This document shows positions 12,950-25,939 of a DNA stretch of 64,000 nucleotides, in pieces; the stretch's first letter is position 1, and every line of letters begins with the position of its first letter. This DNA comes from Mustelus asterias (Eukaryota): contig NW_027590338.1 in assembly GCF_964213995.1 (NCBI RefSeq), forward strand, positions 248,001-312,000, in the 5' to 3' direction. The position numbers were made by a program, and so were the translations under genes. The notes under the pieces were generated by a model, which was given only the letters and a program-made list of their open reading frames with translations, ran no database searches and was not told where the DNA came from.

Positions 12950-14295
12950 TCACCATGTTTTTGAGGAAGAGAAGGTGTTACAAGCTAATAGGCAGGAGGA
13001 AGTAGATGTTCGGAGGGAGGATGTACTAGCAGTTTTGAATAGACTGAAGGTTGATAAGTCCCCTGGGCCTGATGAAATATATCCAAGGACTCTTTGGAGG
13101 CAAGGGTTGAGATTGCAGAGCCTTTGGCTATGATCTTTGGGTGCTCACTGTCCATGGCGATGGTGCCAGAGGACTGGAGAGTGGCGAATGTTGTTCCTCT
13201 GTTTAAGAAAGGGAATAGAAATGACCCTGGTAATTATAGGCTGGTTAATCTTACTTCGGTGGTTCCCATCCATAGGGATGGGATTTACGACCATTTAGAA
13301 AGATGCGGATTAATCCGGGCTAGTCAGCACGGATTTGTGAAGGGCAAATCGTGCCTCACAAATTTGACAGAATTTTTGAGGAGGTAACTCAGTGTGTTGA
13401 TGAAGGTAGGGCAGTTGATGTCATGTACATGGATTTTAGTACGGCGTTTGATAAGGTCCCCCATGGTCGGCTTATGATGAAAGTAAGAAGGTGTGGGATA
13501 GAGGGAAAGTTGGACGATTGGATAGGTAACTGTCTTCGATCAGATAGCCAGAGGGTGGTGGTGGATGGAAAATTTTCGGACTGGCGGCAGGTTGCTATCG
13601 GAGTGCCACAGGGATCAGTGCTTGGTCCTCCGCTATTTTGTGATTTTTATTAATGACATAGAGGAGGGGGCTGAAGGGTGGATCAGTAAATGTACTGATG
13701 TCACCAAGATTGGTGGAGTAGTGGATGAGGTGGAGGGCTGTTGTAGGCTGCAGAGAGACATTGATAGGATGCAGAGCTGGGCCGAAAAATGGCAGATGGA
13801 GTTTAACCCTGATAAATGTGAGGTGATTCATTTTGGTAGGACTAATTTAAATGTGGATTACAGGGTCAAAGGTAGGGTTCTGTGCAGGAACAGAGATCTT
13901 GGTGTCCATATCCACAGATCGCTGAAGGTTGCCACTCAAGTGGATAGAGCTGTGAAGAAGGCCTATAGTGTGTTAGCTTTTATTAACAGGGGGTTGGAGT
14001 TTAAGAGCCGTGGGGTTATGCTGCAACTATACAGGACCTTGGTGAGACCACATTTGGAATATTGTGTGCAGTTCTGGTCACCTCATTATAAGAAGGATGT
14101 GGAAGCGCTGGAAAGAGTGCAGAGGAGATTTACCAGGATGCTGCCTGGTTTGGAGGGTAGGTCTTTTGAGGAAAGGTTGAGGGAGCTCGGGCTGTTCTCT
14201 CTGGAGTGGAGGAGGTTGAGGGGAGACTTAATAGAGGTTTATAAAATGATGAAGGGGATAGATAGAGTGAACGTACAAAGACTATTTCCTCGGGT
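12950..14295 (+). mobile_element. CR1 RT fragment (same subfamily as copies at 29168 and 36101)
   Basis: KSPGPDEIYP, QHGF, PQGSVLGP, LVRPHLEYC, with frameshifts. Confidence 0.9.
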
Positions 14296-14879
14296 GTTGG
14301 GGGGGTGTGGGGGGTGTGTGGGGGGGGGGGGGGTGTGTGGGGGTGTGTGTGTGGGGGTGTGTGTGGGGGTGTGTGTGTGGGGGAGTGTGGGGGGGGGTGT
14401 GGGGGGGTGTGTGTGGTGGGGGGGTGTCGTCCTGTAATTGAAGTTGAATCTGGATGGTTTGGTGTCCAAGGAGGCTGTGGGATGTTTTTTTGAACCTGCT
14501 TTTACTATTTGGGTCGTTGCAGGCCGTTGGATGATGAGTAATATGACACTGTCCGAACGTGTTAATTTCTGTTCAACTTCATCTAATGCACAAATTCCTG
14601 ACTGATGCAGGGTGGTCCATTTTCCACCATCTGCCGTGACGGGATTCGAACCCGAGTGCCCAGAACATTAGCTGAGTTTCTGTATTAATAGTCCAATGAT
14701 AAAACCACCAGTCCATCGCATCCACACCCTGAGTGTACCCACCCTGAGTTCTGGTAACCTAGACACACCATATTATATACGTCTGCAGGGTTCCCGGATT
14801 GGGCAGCATTAACTGTCTCAATCAGGGAGCTCATATTCCAATAACTCCACCTGATGGGTATCGTTAAAATCATTAAGTA

Positions 14880-15570
14880 TGTCTCTCTCTCTCACCGTCT
14901 CTTTCTGTCTTTCTGAGCATCCCTCTCTGTATCTCTCTCTCTCTCTCTGTGTGTCTCTGTCTCTGCCTGTTTCTCTGTTTCTCTTACTGGCTCTCTGCAC
15001 CTCCCTCATTCACCTTCTCTCTACACTCTTCCTCTGTGTCTCCTCCCCCCTCTCAGTCTCACTCTCCTTCTCCCTCTCCTTCTCTGTCCCCCTTTTCTTA
15101 TTTCTCTGTCTTTCTCTCTCTCCACCTCGCTCTGTCTTTTGCTCTTGCTGTGTCCATTGTACTCATTCAGTCTCACTGTTTCAAATTCGCTGACGCTCTC
15201 TGTCTCTGTATCTGTTTCCCTCTGCCTCCCTTTCTGTCTCCCTTTCCATCTTAGTCTCCCTCTCTCATTAATTCCTCCCATCAGTCTCCCTCTGTCTCCC
15301 TTTCTCATTCCCTGTCCATCTCCCTCCCCATTTCCCCCAATCTCTATCCCTGCTTTTCTCGCTCTGTGAGACTCCCTATCTGTCTCTGTCCTTTCTCTCT
15401 GTCTCTCTCTCTCTCTCTTTGTCTCTTTCCCTGTATCTGTTAGAAACTCTTTCAAACTCTGTCACACTCCATGTATTTGTGCCCTTCCATCTCTCTGTCA
15501 ATCGCTGTCTCTCTATCACTCTCACTGTTGCTCTCACTGCGCTGTCTCTCTCTCTATCTGTCACTGTTTC
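14880..15570. repeat. CT-rich low-complexity tract
   Basis: Pyrimidine-rich (CT)n-like sequence. Confidence 0.85.
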
Positions 15571-15650
15571 TGACTCTGTGAGGCTGTTTGTTATTTACAG
15601 TTTGAATGTCCAATAGGAAGAGTCAGGGGTCTTGTGGTTGTAGTTTCCTC

Positions 15651-16552
15651 TCAGGGTCTAATGAGTTGAAGAATTGCAGTAAGGGGAGCTTTCAGCAGAT
15701 TTTTCAGCTGCTGTCTGAACTGAGTCTGTGTCACAGCATAAATGGCAGTGTTTGTACAGCAACTTGTGAGTTGGAGCATGAAACCCAATTCCATAACAAA
15801 ATAATGTAACCATACTGGGCTATAGCTCACATTTAACATCCGACTCCATATAGAATAAACCATGAATGTCGACCATAAGACGATGAAATTGGCTGAGATA
15901 ACAAACAGTAAAATGATGGATTTCCTTCGACTCTCCATCTCTGGGTCTCTGGGATTCTCTCCACTGCTGTGAGCCCGGAGTCTCCTGCGGGCTCTGCTGC
16001 TCATTAAAATGTGTCTGACGGTGAAAGCATTGAGCAGCAGAATCAGGACGAATGGGACACATGGGGTTAGAATGTAGTGGAGGAACTCGATTGTTCCCCA
16101 GACCGGAGAGTACATAACATGCCATGTGACCAAACAAAACCAGGGGTCGTTCTCCAGCCGATATCTATTTAATAACACAAAATACCAGAAAATGTTCTTT
16201 AAGCAGCTCAGCACCGTCACTGTTCCCAGAACCACAGCCGCCGATTTCTCGCTGCAATATTTACTTTTCAGCTTGGGGCAGCAAATGGCCACAAATCGAT
16301 CAAAGGTGAAAGTGACGGTGAACCAGACAGAACAGTCAGTGGCTGCATAAAGCAGGACGGCGTGGATGTTACACACGGGGACTGAGCTCAGGAAAGTAAA
16401 CAGTTCCTGATAAACAATAGGAATATGTCTCAATATCAGGTCGAGGATAACGACCAGCAGATCCCCCACTGACATGGCCACCAGGTAACGGGTGACACAG
16501 TTGGACAGACCACAGTTTCTGCTCATCAGTGTCACAATTGTGATTATGTTCA
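15651..16552 (-). CDS. GPR139/GPR142-like class A GPCR, gene 1, exon 2 (rest of TM1 through TM7 and C-tail)
   Basis: Acceptor cctgacAG|TG (phase 1). Motifs YLVAMSVGDLL, PVC, FTFDRFVAICC, PWFC, PCVPF, SCCTNTAIY; open to TAG. Spliced product 396 aa. Confidence 0.9.
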
Positions 16553-16689
16553 CTGTCAGGAAGGGAAATAAAGAATGAAATTAGATATGATTCAGGGAAA
16601 GAAGTTACCATTTGGACTGAGGATGGGTTGAAATAAAAAAGAATGTACACACATAAAATCACTTAAATCTTTTTTTTAAAATCCAGCAC

Positions 16690-16850
16690 GTCTTTTGCAG
16701 TGTGAGAGGAAAGTGGAGAACCGGAGGAAACCCACGCAGACACGGGGAGAAGGTCCAAACTCCACACAGACAGTGACCCAAGCCTGGAATTGAACCCATG
16801 TCCCTGACGCTGTGAGTGAGCAGTGCTAACCACTATGCCACCGTGCTGCA
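16690..16850 (-). mobile_element. tRNA-derived V-SINE (HE1-like), truncated
   Basis: A box TGGCATAGTGG, B box GGTTCAATTCC, V-domain CCCCGTGTCTGCGTGGGTTTCCTCC. Confidence 0.85.
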
Positions 16851-17489
16851 GTATGGTCGCGACACAGTTGTATACATTTGGGAAGAGATTTCCGCTGAGT
16901 ACACAACATTGACCCTCACTCAGCTACGGGTGAATAGCCCCTCTACCTTGTGGGGGATTTGGAGGGTAAGAAGGATGAGGGAGTAAACACTGACAGAAAA
17001 TCCAGACTGGAGTCCTGGAGCTGGTAATCTGTTGTCACTCAGACAGCTCACTGACAACCCCTGCAGCAGAGCTGGTAACAAACAGTGCTGGTTTCACCCT
17101 TTCCTCTGGACAATAGTAACAGTTGGAAGAGGGAGATCCCGATGCCTCAACAGTTCCGACTCTATTATACTTCCACAGGACTGGAGAGGAGACCACAGCA
17201 TTGTGACCACCGTTAGCACAACACAGGAAGAAACAGTAATCTCACACTCGATTGGCACAAAGCACAAGTACCAGGGTTTCCTTTCAACAGTGGGAGAAAG
17301 GTTCAGGGTTCAGTGAATAGCTACCGTCCTTAGTGCCCAGTGCGTTTGCTGCTCTCCCCCTATGGCCTGCTGGACCACTGAAGCTTAGTGAGTCCTCTCT
17401 CAGTAGAAAATTTGCTAATCTATGCACCAGGTAAGAAGAACTCAAACCAAGGCCGGTACCAAAGAAAGGCCAAGCAGGCTGACTTAATA

Positions 17490-19122
17490 ACTATTGTCCG
17501 GTGACTCTGACATTCAATATTATGAAATGCATCAAAAGGTTAGTCATGGCATGAATCAATTCCTGCCTCCCAGATTGCCTGGATACACTACAGTTCACCT
17601 ACTTCCGCAACAGGTCCACAGACGCCATCTCCCTGGCCCGACAGTCAACCCTGGAACACAGACTCGTGTTTATCGACTACAGCTCAGCGTTTAACACCAT
17701 TATTCTTACGAAACTCATGTCCAAAGTCTGTATCCTGGGGTTCGGCTCCTGCCTCTGCAATTGGATCCTGAACTTCCTGACGCGCAGACAGCAATAAATA
17801 AGGACAGTCAACAAAACCTCCTCCACAATCACCCTCAACAACAGTGCCCCACAAGGGTGTGTCCTCAGACCCTTACTATACTCCTTATATGCCAATGACT
17901 GAGTGGCCTAATTCCCGTCCAACTCTATTTCCCAGTTTCCTGATGACACCACGGAGTGGGTCGGATCTCAAACAACGATGACACCAAGAACAGGGAAGAG
18001 ACAGAGAATCTGGTGAAGTGGTGGGACCACAATTATCTCTTCCTCAATGTCAACAATGCAAAGGAGATCGTCATCGACTTCAGGAAGCAGAGTGGAGTAC
18101 ATGCCCTGTCTAAACAATGGGATGAAGTTGAAATGGTTGAGAGCATCAAGTTTGTATGGGTCCAGATCACCAGCAACCTGTCCTGGCCCCTCCACGACGA
18201 TCCCATAATTAAGAAAGCCGATCAACGCCCCTACCTTCTCAGAGGTCTAAGGACAATTGGCATGTCAGCTACGATTCTCTCCAACTTTTAGAGATGCACC
18301 ATAGAGAACTGTCTTTCTGGTTGTGTCACAGTTTGGTATGGCTCCTGCTCTGTCCAAAACTACACAAAACTTCAAAGCTTTATGAATGGAACTCAGTCCA
18401 TCACTCAAACCACCAATTGACACTGTCTCCACTTCCCGCTGCCTGGGAAAAGCAGCCAGGCTAATTAAGGACCCCGCTCACCATGGAGATAAACTCTTCC
18501 AACTTGTTCCGTCGGAAACTAAGATGAAAAAGTCTGAGGACATGTACCAACTGACTCATAGAATCATAGAAACATTATAGTGCAGAGGAAGGCCATTCGG
18601 CCCATTGAGTCTGCACCGACAACTATCCCACCTATGTCCTATCCCCTAAGTCCCATATGTACCCTGGTAATGTCTCTAACATACATATCCCGGGACCCTA
18701 ATGGGCAATTTTGCATGGCCCATCAACCTAAGCTGCATATCTTTGGACTGTGGGTGGAAACCAGAGCATCCGGAGGAAACCCACGCAGACCTATGAAGAA
18801 TGTACAAATTCCACACAGTGCTCCAAGCTGCGAATCGAACTCAGGTCCCTGTGAGACAGCAGTGCTAACCATTGTGCCATCATGCTGCCGACTCAAGAAC
18901 AGCTTCTTCTCTGCTGCCATCAGACATTTGAATGGACCACCATCGCATCATGATGATCTTTTTCTACACCTTAGCTATGATTGCAACATTACATTCTGCA
19001 CTCTCTCCTTCTCTATGTATGGTATGCTTTACCTGCATATCACTGAAGGAACAATACTTTTCACTGTATACTAATACATGTTACAGTAATCAATCAAATC
19101 AATTCAAATCAAATCAAATCAG
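17490..19122 (+). mobile_element. Degenerate non-CR1 LINE (Rex/Babar-like RT), interrupted by a SINE
   Basis: DYSSAFNTI, APQGCVL and xDDT remnants; 3' (AATCA)n tail. The same 3' end recurs at 56090-56362. Confidence 0.7.
18557..18888 (-). mobile_element. HE1-like V-SINE with CR1-derived tail
   Basis: A/B boxes, V-domain and CR1-type 3' tail; GACTCA duplicated at both junctions. Confidence 0.8.
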
Positions 19123-19129
19123 TCTTTCA

Positions 19130-19830
19130 CATCTCAAGCTGGAATAATGCACAATGAACAGCAGAGTGTGAGGAAGTGCAGAGGGCCAGAATGAATGTGG
19201 GGCGCATATATAAGGATCCCTGAAGGCAGTAAGACAGGTAGATCAGGTGGTTAAAACAACATATAGGATACTTGTCTTTAGCAGCTGCAGCATAGAATAT
19301 AAGAGGTGGGAGATTTTGATGGAAGTGTATAAAATGCTGGTTTGAGCAGAGCAAGAGAACTGTGTGCAGCGCTGGTCATCACACGACAGGAAGGATGTAA
19401 TTTTACCTTAGAGCAGAGACGGCTGGAGGGAGAGTGGGTGTAGTGGGTGGTGGTGGGGAACACTTTCAGGTCGGGAGACCTGAGTGATCTGTACAAAACT
19501 ATGTGGCACCAAGATAGGAAGAAAACTTCTCCTTTAGTAGAGGTGTCAATAACAAGTGGGGCGTGGATTTAAGGCAAAGGGCAGATTTTTGTGAGTATTT
19601 GAGGGAAAATGTTCCCATCCACAGGGTGCTGGGGTCTGCAGTTCACGGTCTGAAAGGATGGTAGAAGCGGGAACAACCACAAGAGGCATTTAGATCAGCA
19701 ACTCAAATGCCAGAGCATACAAGGCTGTGGATCGAGTGCTGGAAAATGGAATTCGATTGGATAGGTGTTTGATGACCAGTTCAGACATAATGGGCCGAAG
19801 GGCCTCATTTTGTGCGGTTAAAACTCTATG
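19130..19830 (+). mobile_element. Old CR1 3' fragment
   Basis: Degenerate CR1 C-terminus and ATGGGCCGAAGGGCCT tail motif. Confidence 0.65.
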
Positions 19831-20119
19831 GCTGTTAGACCACCCACAGCAGTGGCCACATCACTTGCAGCTCTTACAGCGCTGGCTGGGATACCGACCA
19901 CGTACCAAACTTCTGTGGTTGCAAATGCACAATTGCAGCCAGCAGTGAGCTGCCTGGTCTGAGAGAGAAATCTGTCAGCTCTCTGCTGCTGCAGCTCGCT
20001 TCAACACAGCAGCTACCCCCAGATAGTCCGGGGGTCCGCAGCACTTCGTGAGCAACCTCCGACCGGATATAGCCCCACCCCCACTACCTGGACCAATCAC
20101 CCACCTTCCTTCACACCAA

Positions 20120-20650
20120 TTGCATGCAGAGAGGCTGCGTGACCCCACTCCCTACCCCACTGTGCAGGCAGAGAGGCAGCGAGAGCCCCTCCCTCCCTCA
20201 CTGTGCACGCAGAGATACAGCGAGACCCCCTCCCTACCACAGTGTGCATGCAGAGAGGCAGCGACACACCCTCCCTAACCCACTGAGCATGCAGAGAGGC
20301 AGCGAGACCCCCTTCCTACCCCATTGTGCATGCAGAGAGGCAGCGAGACCCCCTCCCTAATCCACTGTCCAGGCAGAGAGGCAGCGAGACCCCCTTCCTA
20401 CCCCACTGTGCATGCAGAGAGGCAGCGAGACCCCCCTCCGTTCCCCAGTGTGCATGCAGAGAGGCAGTGAGACCCCCTCCCTACCCAACTGTGCACGCAG
20501 ACAGGCAGCGAGACCCCCTCCCTACCCGACTGTGCATGCAGAGAGGCAGCGAGACCCCATCCATAACCCACTGTGCGTGCAAAGAGGCAGCGAGACCCCT
20601 CTCCCTACCCCACTGTGCATGCAGAGAGGCAGCGAAACCCCCCTCCCTAC
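20120..20650. repeat. Minisatellite, ~41-42-bp unit (CCCCACTGTGCATGCAGAGAGGCAGCGAGACCCCCTCCCTAC), intronic in GPCR gene 1
   Basis: About 12-13 direct copies. Confidence 0.9.
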
Positions 20651-21469
20651 CGCACCAATCACTTGCAGAGTGTCAGTGGGACCCTCTGCCCTTCACTACG
20701 TTGAGAGTGGCAGCAAGACCAAACTACCTCAACAATCTCGAACAAAGTGGCAGCGGGGCCGCACTCCCTACTCCACCAATGACATGCAGCGTGGTATTGG
20801 GCCACCCTCCAAACCCGATCGGCCTGTTCCCCAAGTGCCAAGCTGCCTTCAGGCCCCGCCCCTGCAGGCCCCGCCCCTTCTGCTCCAGCCCCTGCAGGTC
20901 CCGCCCCTGCAGGCCCACTCCCTGGTACTGCCCGGTGAGCATTGCCCAAGGGGCACCTACCTTTGCCCTCGACCTTGCCCAGCGTCCTCAATGGTCTTTG
21001 GTTCTACTGGCGAAGTCATCATGACTGGTCCACGTACGTGGGGTCCAGCTGTTTTCCTCACGACACACAACCTCTCCCAGTGAGGCAAGCGTGCAAAAGC
21101 AAAGGCAAGCGTGCCGCACAATTCCATCCCAGGCTCGCTAATTTTATTTAAAATTGTTTTAAAATAAATTTAAATAATCTATTCAGCCTCTCGTCAGAAA
21201 TGGGCAGGAGGCTGAATCCGCTGCATATCCATTGCTGGTGAGGTTGCAAGAGGTGAGAAATCGGGCGTGGACCTGAGTTCTAGGCTGTTACAGAGTTTTA
21301 CTGCTCACCCTGTCATCAATAGACAGGAAGTAGCTGTAAACCCGCCCACCTCCCTTGTGTGTGTGTTTGTGTGTTTGTGTGTAAATCTGATTGCCTTTAT
21401 CAGCAAATGTGTGCATTTGTGTATGTGCGTCTAGGTGTGTCTGTGTTTGTGTTTCTGTGAATGTAGGAG

Positions 21470-21780
21470 GGTTTGTGGTGGTACAGCATTGTTGCCTCAC
21501 AGCACCAGGGGCCCTGGATCAATTCCAGGCTTGGCTACTGTCTGTACAGAGTTTGCACGGTCTCCCTGTGTCTGCGTGGTTCTCCTCTGTGTGCTCCGAT
21601 CTCCTCCCAAAATCTGAAAATTACTCTGTTTAGGTGCATTGGCCAAGATAAGTTCTCCCTCAGCGTACCCGAACAGGGGCTGAAATGTTCACAGTAACTT
21701 CAGGGGATTTTTACACTAACTTCACTCTAATGTTAATGTTTCCATACTTGTGACACTGATGAGTAATTTCAAACTTTAGA
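21470..21780 (+). mobile_element. V-SINE
   Basis: Degenerate tRNA head, V-domain and shared tail. Confidence 0.75.
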
Positions 21781-22281
21781 AAACATGTTCTCTCTCTGTG
21801 AGATCTTGCTGTGCACATATGACTAATAAAATGGATTCTGTGATCTGCTGACTGGGTGGGTGATTAGCAGTGAACTGGTGTTACGTGCAGAGGGTAAAAA
21901 TGATTCTGCCTCAATCTCTTATTCACGAACGAATAGTGTTTGAGATCACATGTCTATGGAAAGTCACAACACACAGAAGACATTTCAGCCCATAGGCCCT
22001 GAGCCAATTGTCAGTCGCTGAAAGAATTAATAACTGGATACAGAGATTCAACAGAAACAACAAGAGCAGCAAACCGTGTACAGTAAATTATAAGAAAATC
22101 AATACAGTTAAACAGCCTTTGTAGAATTAGGAACTGTACACAGGGGACAGGACCTTACAGCCTCACTCTTCCCCAAGCTGCCAAATCCCACCCGTGTTCA
22201 ACAGACCTTCCCATGCTCCGCCCCTCGTCTGCACCGATTCCCGTGGCGGTCGGGCCGGTACAATTCCAGCCAGGGACTTAC

Positions 22282-22570
22282 CCGGAACACCAACAATCGC
22301 TAGGAGGGGATAGTAAAAGTGTTGAATCGCCTTCAGCAGATATCGAATCCGATCAGCTGATGTTATCCACCAACCATCTGCAGTAAACCAAGAAATCCAA
22401 TGGAATAAACTTCTGTCCTTAACTGGAACATTCCAATCCATTGTTCCCAGATTCTGATCTATTGTTGAAACATTCCGGTTCATTGTTCCCAGATTCGGAT
22501 CCATTGTTGGAAGATTCCAATCCATTGTTCCCCGGATTCTGATCTCTCCTCTCCCTCCCTCTCTCTCCAT
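22282..22570 (-). CDS. GPR139-like GPCR gene 1, exon 1 (repeat-containing N-terminus plus start of TM1)
   Basis: ATG 22570 (several later in-frame Mets) ...FYYPLLAIVGVP G|GTAAGT. The phase-1 donor joins exon 2 in frame as GVP-V-NIIT; intron 16553-22281. Confidence 0.85.
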
Positions 22571-22859
22571 AGCCGCTGATCTCTGTTAGTGTCGGAGTTT
22601 CGGTCCCGCTGACTCAATGGGACAACACATTGAACGGAATCCCTTATTAATAGAAGAGGGAAATCCCTCCAGACACATTAATCGGATCCATGGAGACTCA
22701 CATCAATTCCAGTCACTAAACAAACAGCTTCACTTAACCCCCTTCAATCCGACACGTTTTATACCCAAAGTAGAACAGTTACAGCCTCGATGGGGTTTTG
22801 AGGGTCAGGGAGGTATGGAAAGTTGGAAATAATGGAGGATCAATATTAATTCGATACAG

Positions 22860-23660
22860 CAGAGATCACTCTGGTAGCGTTAATTTCGAGACAACGAGAA
22901 TGCAAAAGAAGGGGTGTACTGCTGAGGGTTTATAAGACACTGGTCTGACCGCATTCAGAATATTGTCAGCAATTTTGGTCCCCGTATCTAAGGAAGGATG
23001 TGCTGGCCTTGGAGAGGGTCCAGAGCAGGTTCACAAGAATGATCCGGGGAATGAAAGACTTGACGCAAGAGGAGCGTCTGAGGACTGTGGGTCCATACTC
23101 GATGCAGTTTGGAAGTATGCGAAAGGGGATCACATTGAAACTTACAGAATAATGAAAGGCCTGGATCGAGTGCACTTGGGGAAGATGTTTCCATTATTAG
23201 GGGAGACTTGGACCCGAGGGCACAGACTCAGAGGAAAGGGATGGCCCTTTAGAAATGTGATGTGGAGATGTCGGCGTTGGACTGGGGTGTGCGCAGTAGG
23301 AAGTCTCACAGCACCAGTTGCCCACTCACCTGATGAAGGAGCAGTGTTCCGAAAGCTGGTGATTCCAAATAAACCGGTGAGACTTCTTACTTTAGAACTG
23401 AGACGAGGAGGAATTTTTTCAGCTCGAGGGTGGTGAATCTGTGGAATTCATTGCCAGACAGGGCTGTGGAGGCCAGGTCATTGAATGTACTTAAGAAAGA
23501 GATAGATAGGTTCTTGACTGGTACAGCGATCAAAGGTTACAGGGAAAAAGCAGGAGAATGGGTTTGAGAAACTTATCAGCCAGAATTGAATGGTGCAGCC
23601 GGCTCGATGGGCCTAATGGCCAAATTCTGCTCCGATATCTTATTGTCTTATGGGTATCAT
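22860..23660 (+). mobile_element. CR1 3' fragment carrying a Penelope-type insert
   Basis: CR1 C-terminal coding remnants and tail; interrupted at 23255-23389. Confidence 0.8.
23255..23389 (+). mobile_element. 135-bp Penelope-type inverted element with hammerhead motif and 8-bp flanking duplication
   Basis: CTTTAGAA at 23247-23254 and 23390-23397. An inverted tail is followed by CAC-CTGATGA-A-GGAGC-AGT-GTTCC-GAAAGCT-G-GTGA (G at the cleavage position). Confidence 0.7.
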
Positions 23661-23829
23661 GGTTGTGGGTTTTGGATGAAGGTAACGTCAATCAGGGTTG
23701 CTATAGTCTGCTTAATCCAGGCTGTAGCAGATCGTATGTATAGCTCATGGACAGAACAACCTTAGTATGGGACTTCACACGGATCGATCTCTCAGCATTA
23801 CGTATAGTACAGTCTTAGCTCGGGTCACC

Positions 23830-24330
23830 AGAAAGAACTATCTCTCAGTGTTACGTACAGTGCAATCTGAGGCTTCAGATAGAACTATCTCTGTCCTATG
23901 TACAGTGCAATCTGAGGCTTAAAATAAAACTATCTCTCAGTGTTATGTCCAGTATAATCTTTGGCTTAGGATAGAACTATTTCTCAGTGTTATGTACAGT
24001 TCAATCTGAGGCATCAGATAGAATGATCTCTCAGTGTTATGTACAGTACAATCTGAGGCTACAGATAGAACTATCTCTCAGTGTAACGTCCAGTACAATT
24101 TGAGGCTTCAGATAGAACTATCTCTCAGTGTTACATACCGTACAATCTGAGGCTTCAGATAGAACTATCCCGCAGTGTTACGTGCAGTACAATCTGAGGC
24201 TTCAGATAGAACTATCTCTCAGTGTTACGTACAGTACAATCTGAGGCTTCAGTTAGAACTATCTCTCAGTGTTACGTACAGTACAAACTAAGGCTTCAGA
24301 TAGAACGATCTCTCAGTGTTATGTACAGAA
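23830..24330. repeat. Minisatellite, 47-bp unit (TAGAACTATCTCTCAGTGTTACGTACAGTACAATCTGAGGCTTCAGA)
   Basis: About 10 direct copies. Confidence 0.92.
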
Positions 24331-24399
24331 GAACCTGATCAAGAAGCTTCACATCAATCTTTCTCAGCATTTTCTATTGTGAGGTTGTAATGAGGCAAG

Positions 24400-25195
24400 G
24401 GTGACTTGAAGAGAGTGTGGGAGAAGGACACCGGGACACCTGAACAGAGTCAGCAGAACCTTGAGGAGAGTGTGAGAGGAGGACTCTGGGACACCAGGAC
24501 AGACAAGCAGTACCGCGAGGAGAGTGTGAGAGGGGTTACTGTGTCACCGGGACAGACAGTCAGCACCTTGAGGAGAGTGTGAGAGGGGACACTGGGTCAC
24601 CGGGACAGACAGTCAACACCTTGAGGAAAGTTTGAGAGGGGACACTGGGTTACCGGGACAGGCAAGCAGCACCTTGAGGTGAGTGTAAGAGGGGTACAGG
24701 GAGACACTGGGACAGACAGTCAGTACTTTGAGGAGAGTGTGAGAGGGGGACTCCAGAACAGACAAGCAGCACCTTGAAGAGAGTGTGAGAGGGGGACACT
24801 GAGACACCGGGACAGACAGTCAGCACCTTGAGGAGGGTGTGAGATGGGCACACTGGACAATGGGACAGACAAGCAGCACCTGGAGGAGAGTGTGAGAGGG
24901 GAGCACAGGGACAGACAGTCAGCACCGTGAGGAGAGTGTGAGCGGGGGACACTGGACAACAAGACAGACAAGCAGCACCTTGAGGAGAGTGGGAGAGGGG
25001 GACACCAGGACAGACAAGCAGCACCTCGAGGAGAGTGCGAGAGGGGGGCACTGGGACAGACAAGGAGCACCTTGAGGAGTGTGTGAGAGGGGGACACTGG
25101 GACACTGGGACAGACAAGCAGCACCTTGAAGAGACTGTGAGAGGGGGACACTGGGACAGACAGTCGACACCTAGAGGAGAGTGTGAGATGAGGAC
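24400..25195. repeat. Minisatellite, ~44-53-bp unit (GACAGACAAGCAGCACCTTGAGGAGAGTGTGAGAGGGGGACACTGG)
   Basis: About 16 direct copies of variable length. Confidence 0.9.
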
Positions 25196-25939
25196 ATAGA
25201 GGATTCAAGCTATTGGTAGAGTTGTGCAGCACTGGGACCGAGACCATTTGTTTATGGCCTGTGGTGCTGAGGATTCTCTTCAATATCGACTCCACAGTCA
25301 GGCGTCAGGGACACAACTCTTTGTTCCATCTGTTCACACAATGGTCCAAATATTGACTGCCCACTCTGGGAGAATCCCAACAACTCACCCCACACCTGAG
25401 ATCACATGGCCCGTTCACTTAAAGAATGCCCCAACATATATAACTCTCCTCCCGTGTAAATAATAACCCCCTCCTCACCATCCCCCCCGCCCCCCCACCC
25501 CCTGCCCCCCCACTCCCCCTTTACAGCAACAGCATTTGAAACCGTTTACGAACAATTGTACATTTTTCCCTTTTTACCTCATACAGGCTTGGTGCAGAAT
25601 CCACAGCATATTTACAATATAACACAACCCATAGTTCATCCCTCACCCTTACGTCCATCTCACATAGACCTGATCAGGGGGAAGACAATCTCTGGGGGTT
25701 GATGCCTGTGGACTGGAGCCAGTTTTAAGATCCTCTCTGCTGAGTATGGCCTTGATGAACCCACCAACGTTTGATCGTCTTCCCACCCGTCATCAGTAAC
25801 CAATGTCGAGTTCCCTGTCCCCTCCATGAGTGGAGGAGCTGTTGATTCCAGGCCTCCCTGGCCTCCCACATAATAGAACAGAGAGTATAGAAGGTGGCAA
25901 GAATCTAACCTCAGGCAGAGCAAAAAAGGTGACAAAAAT

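Noticed and set aside
20120-20650. Repeated CACTGTG heptamers as an RSS array
   Set aside because: No nonamer at 12- or 23-bp spacing; the heptamer is part of the minisatellite unit.
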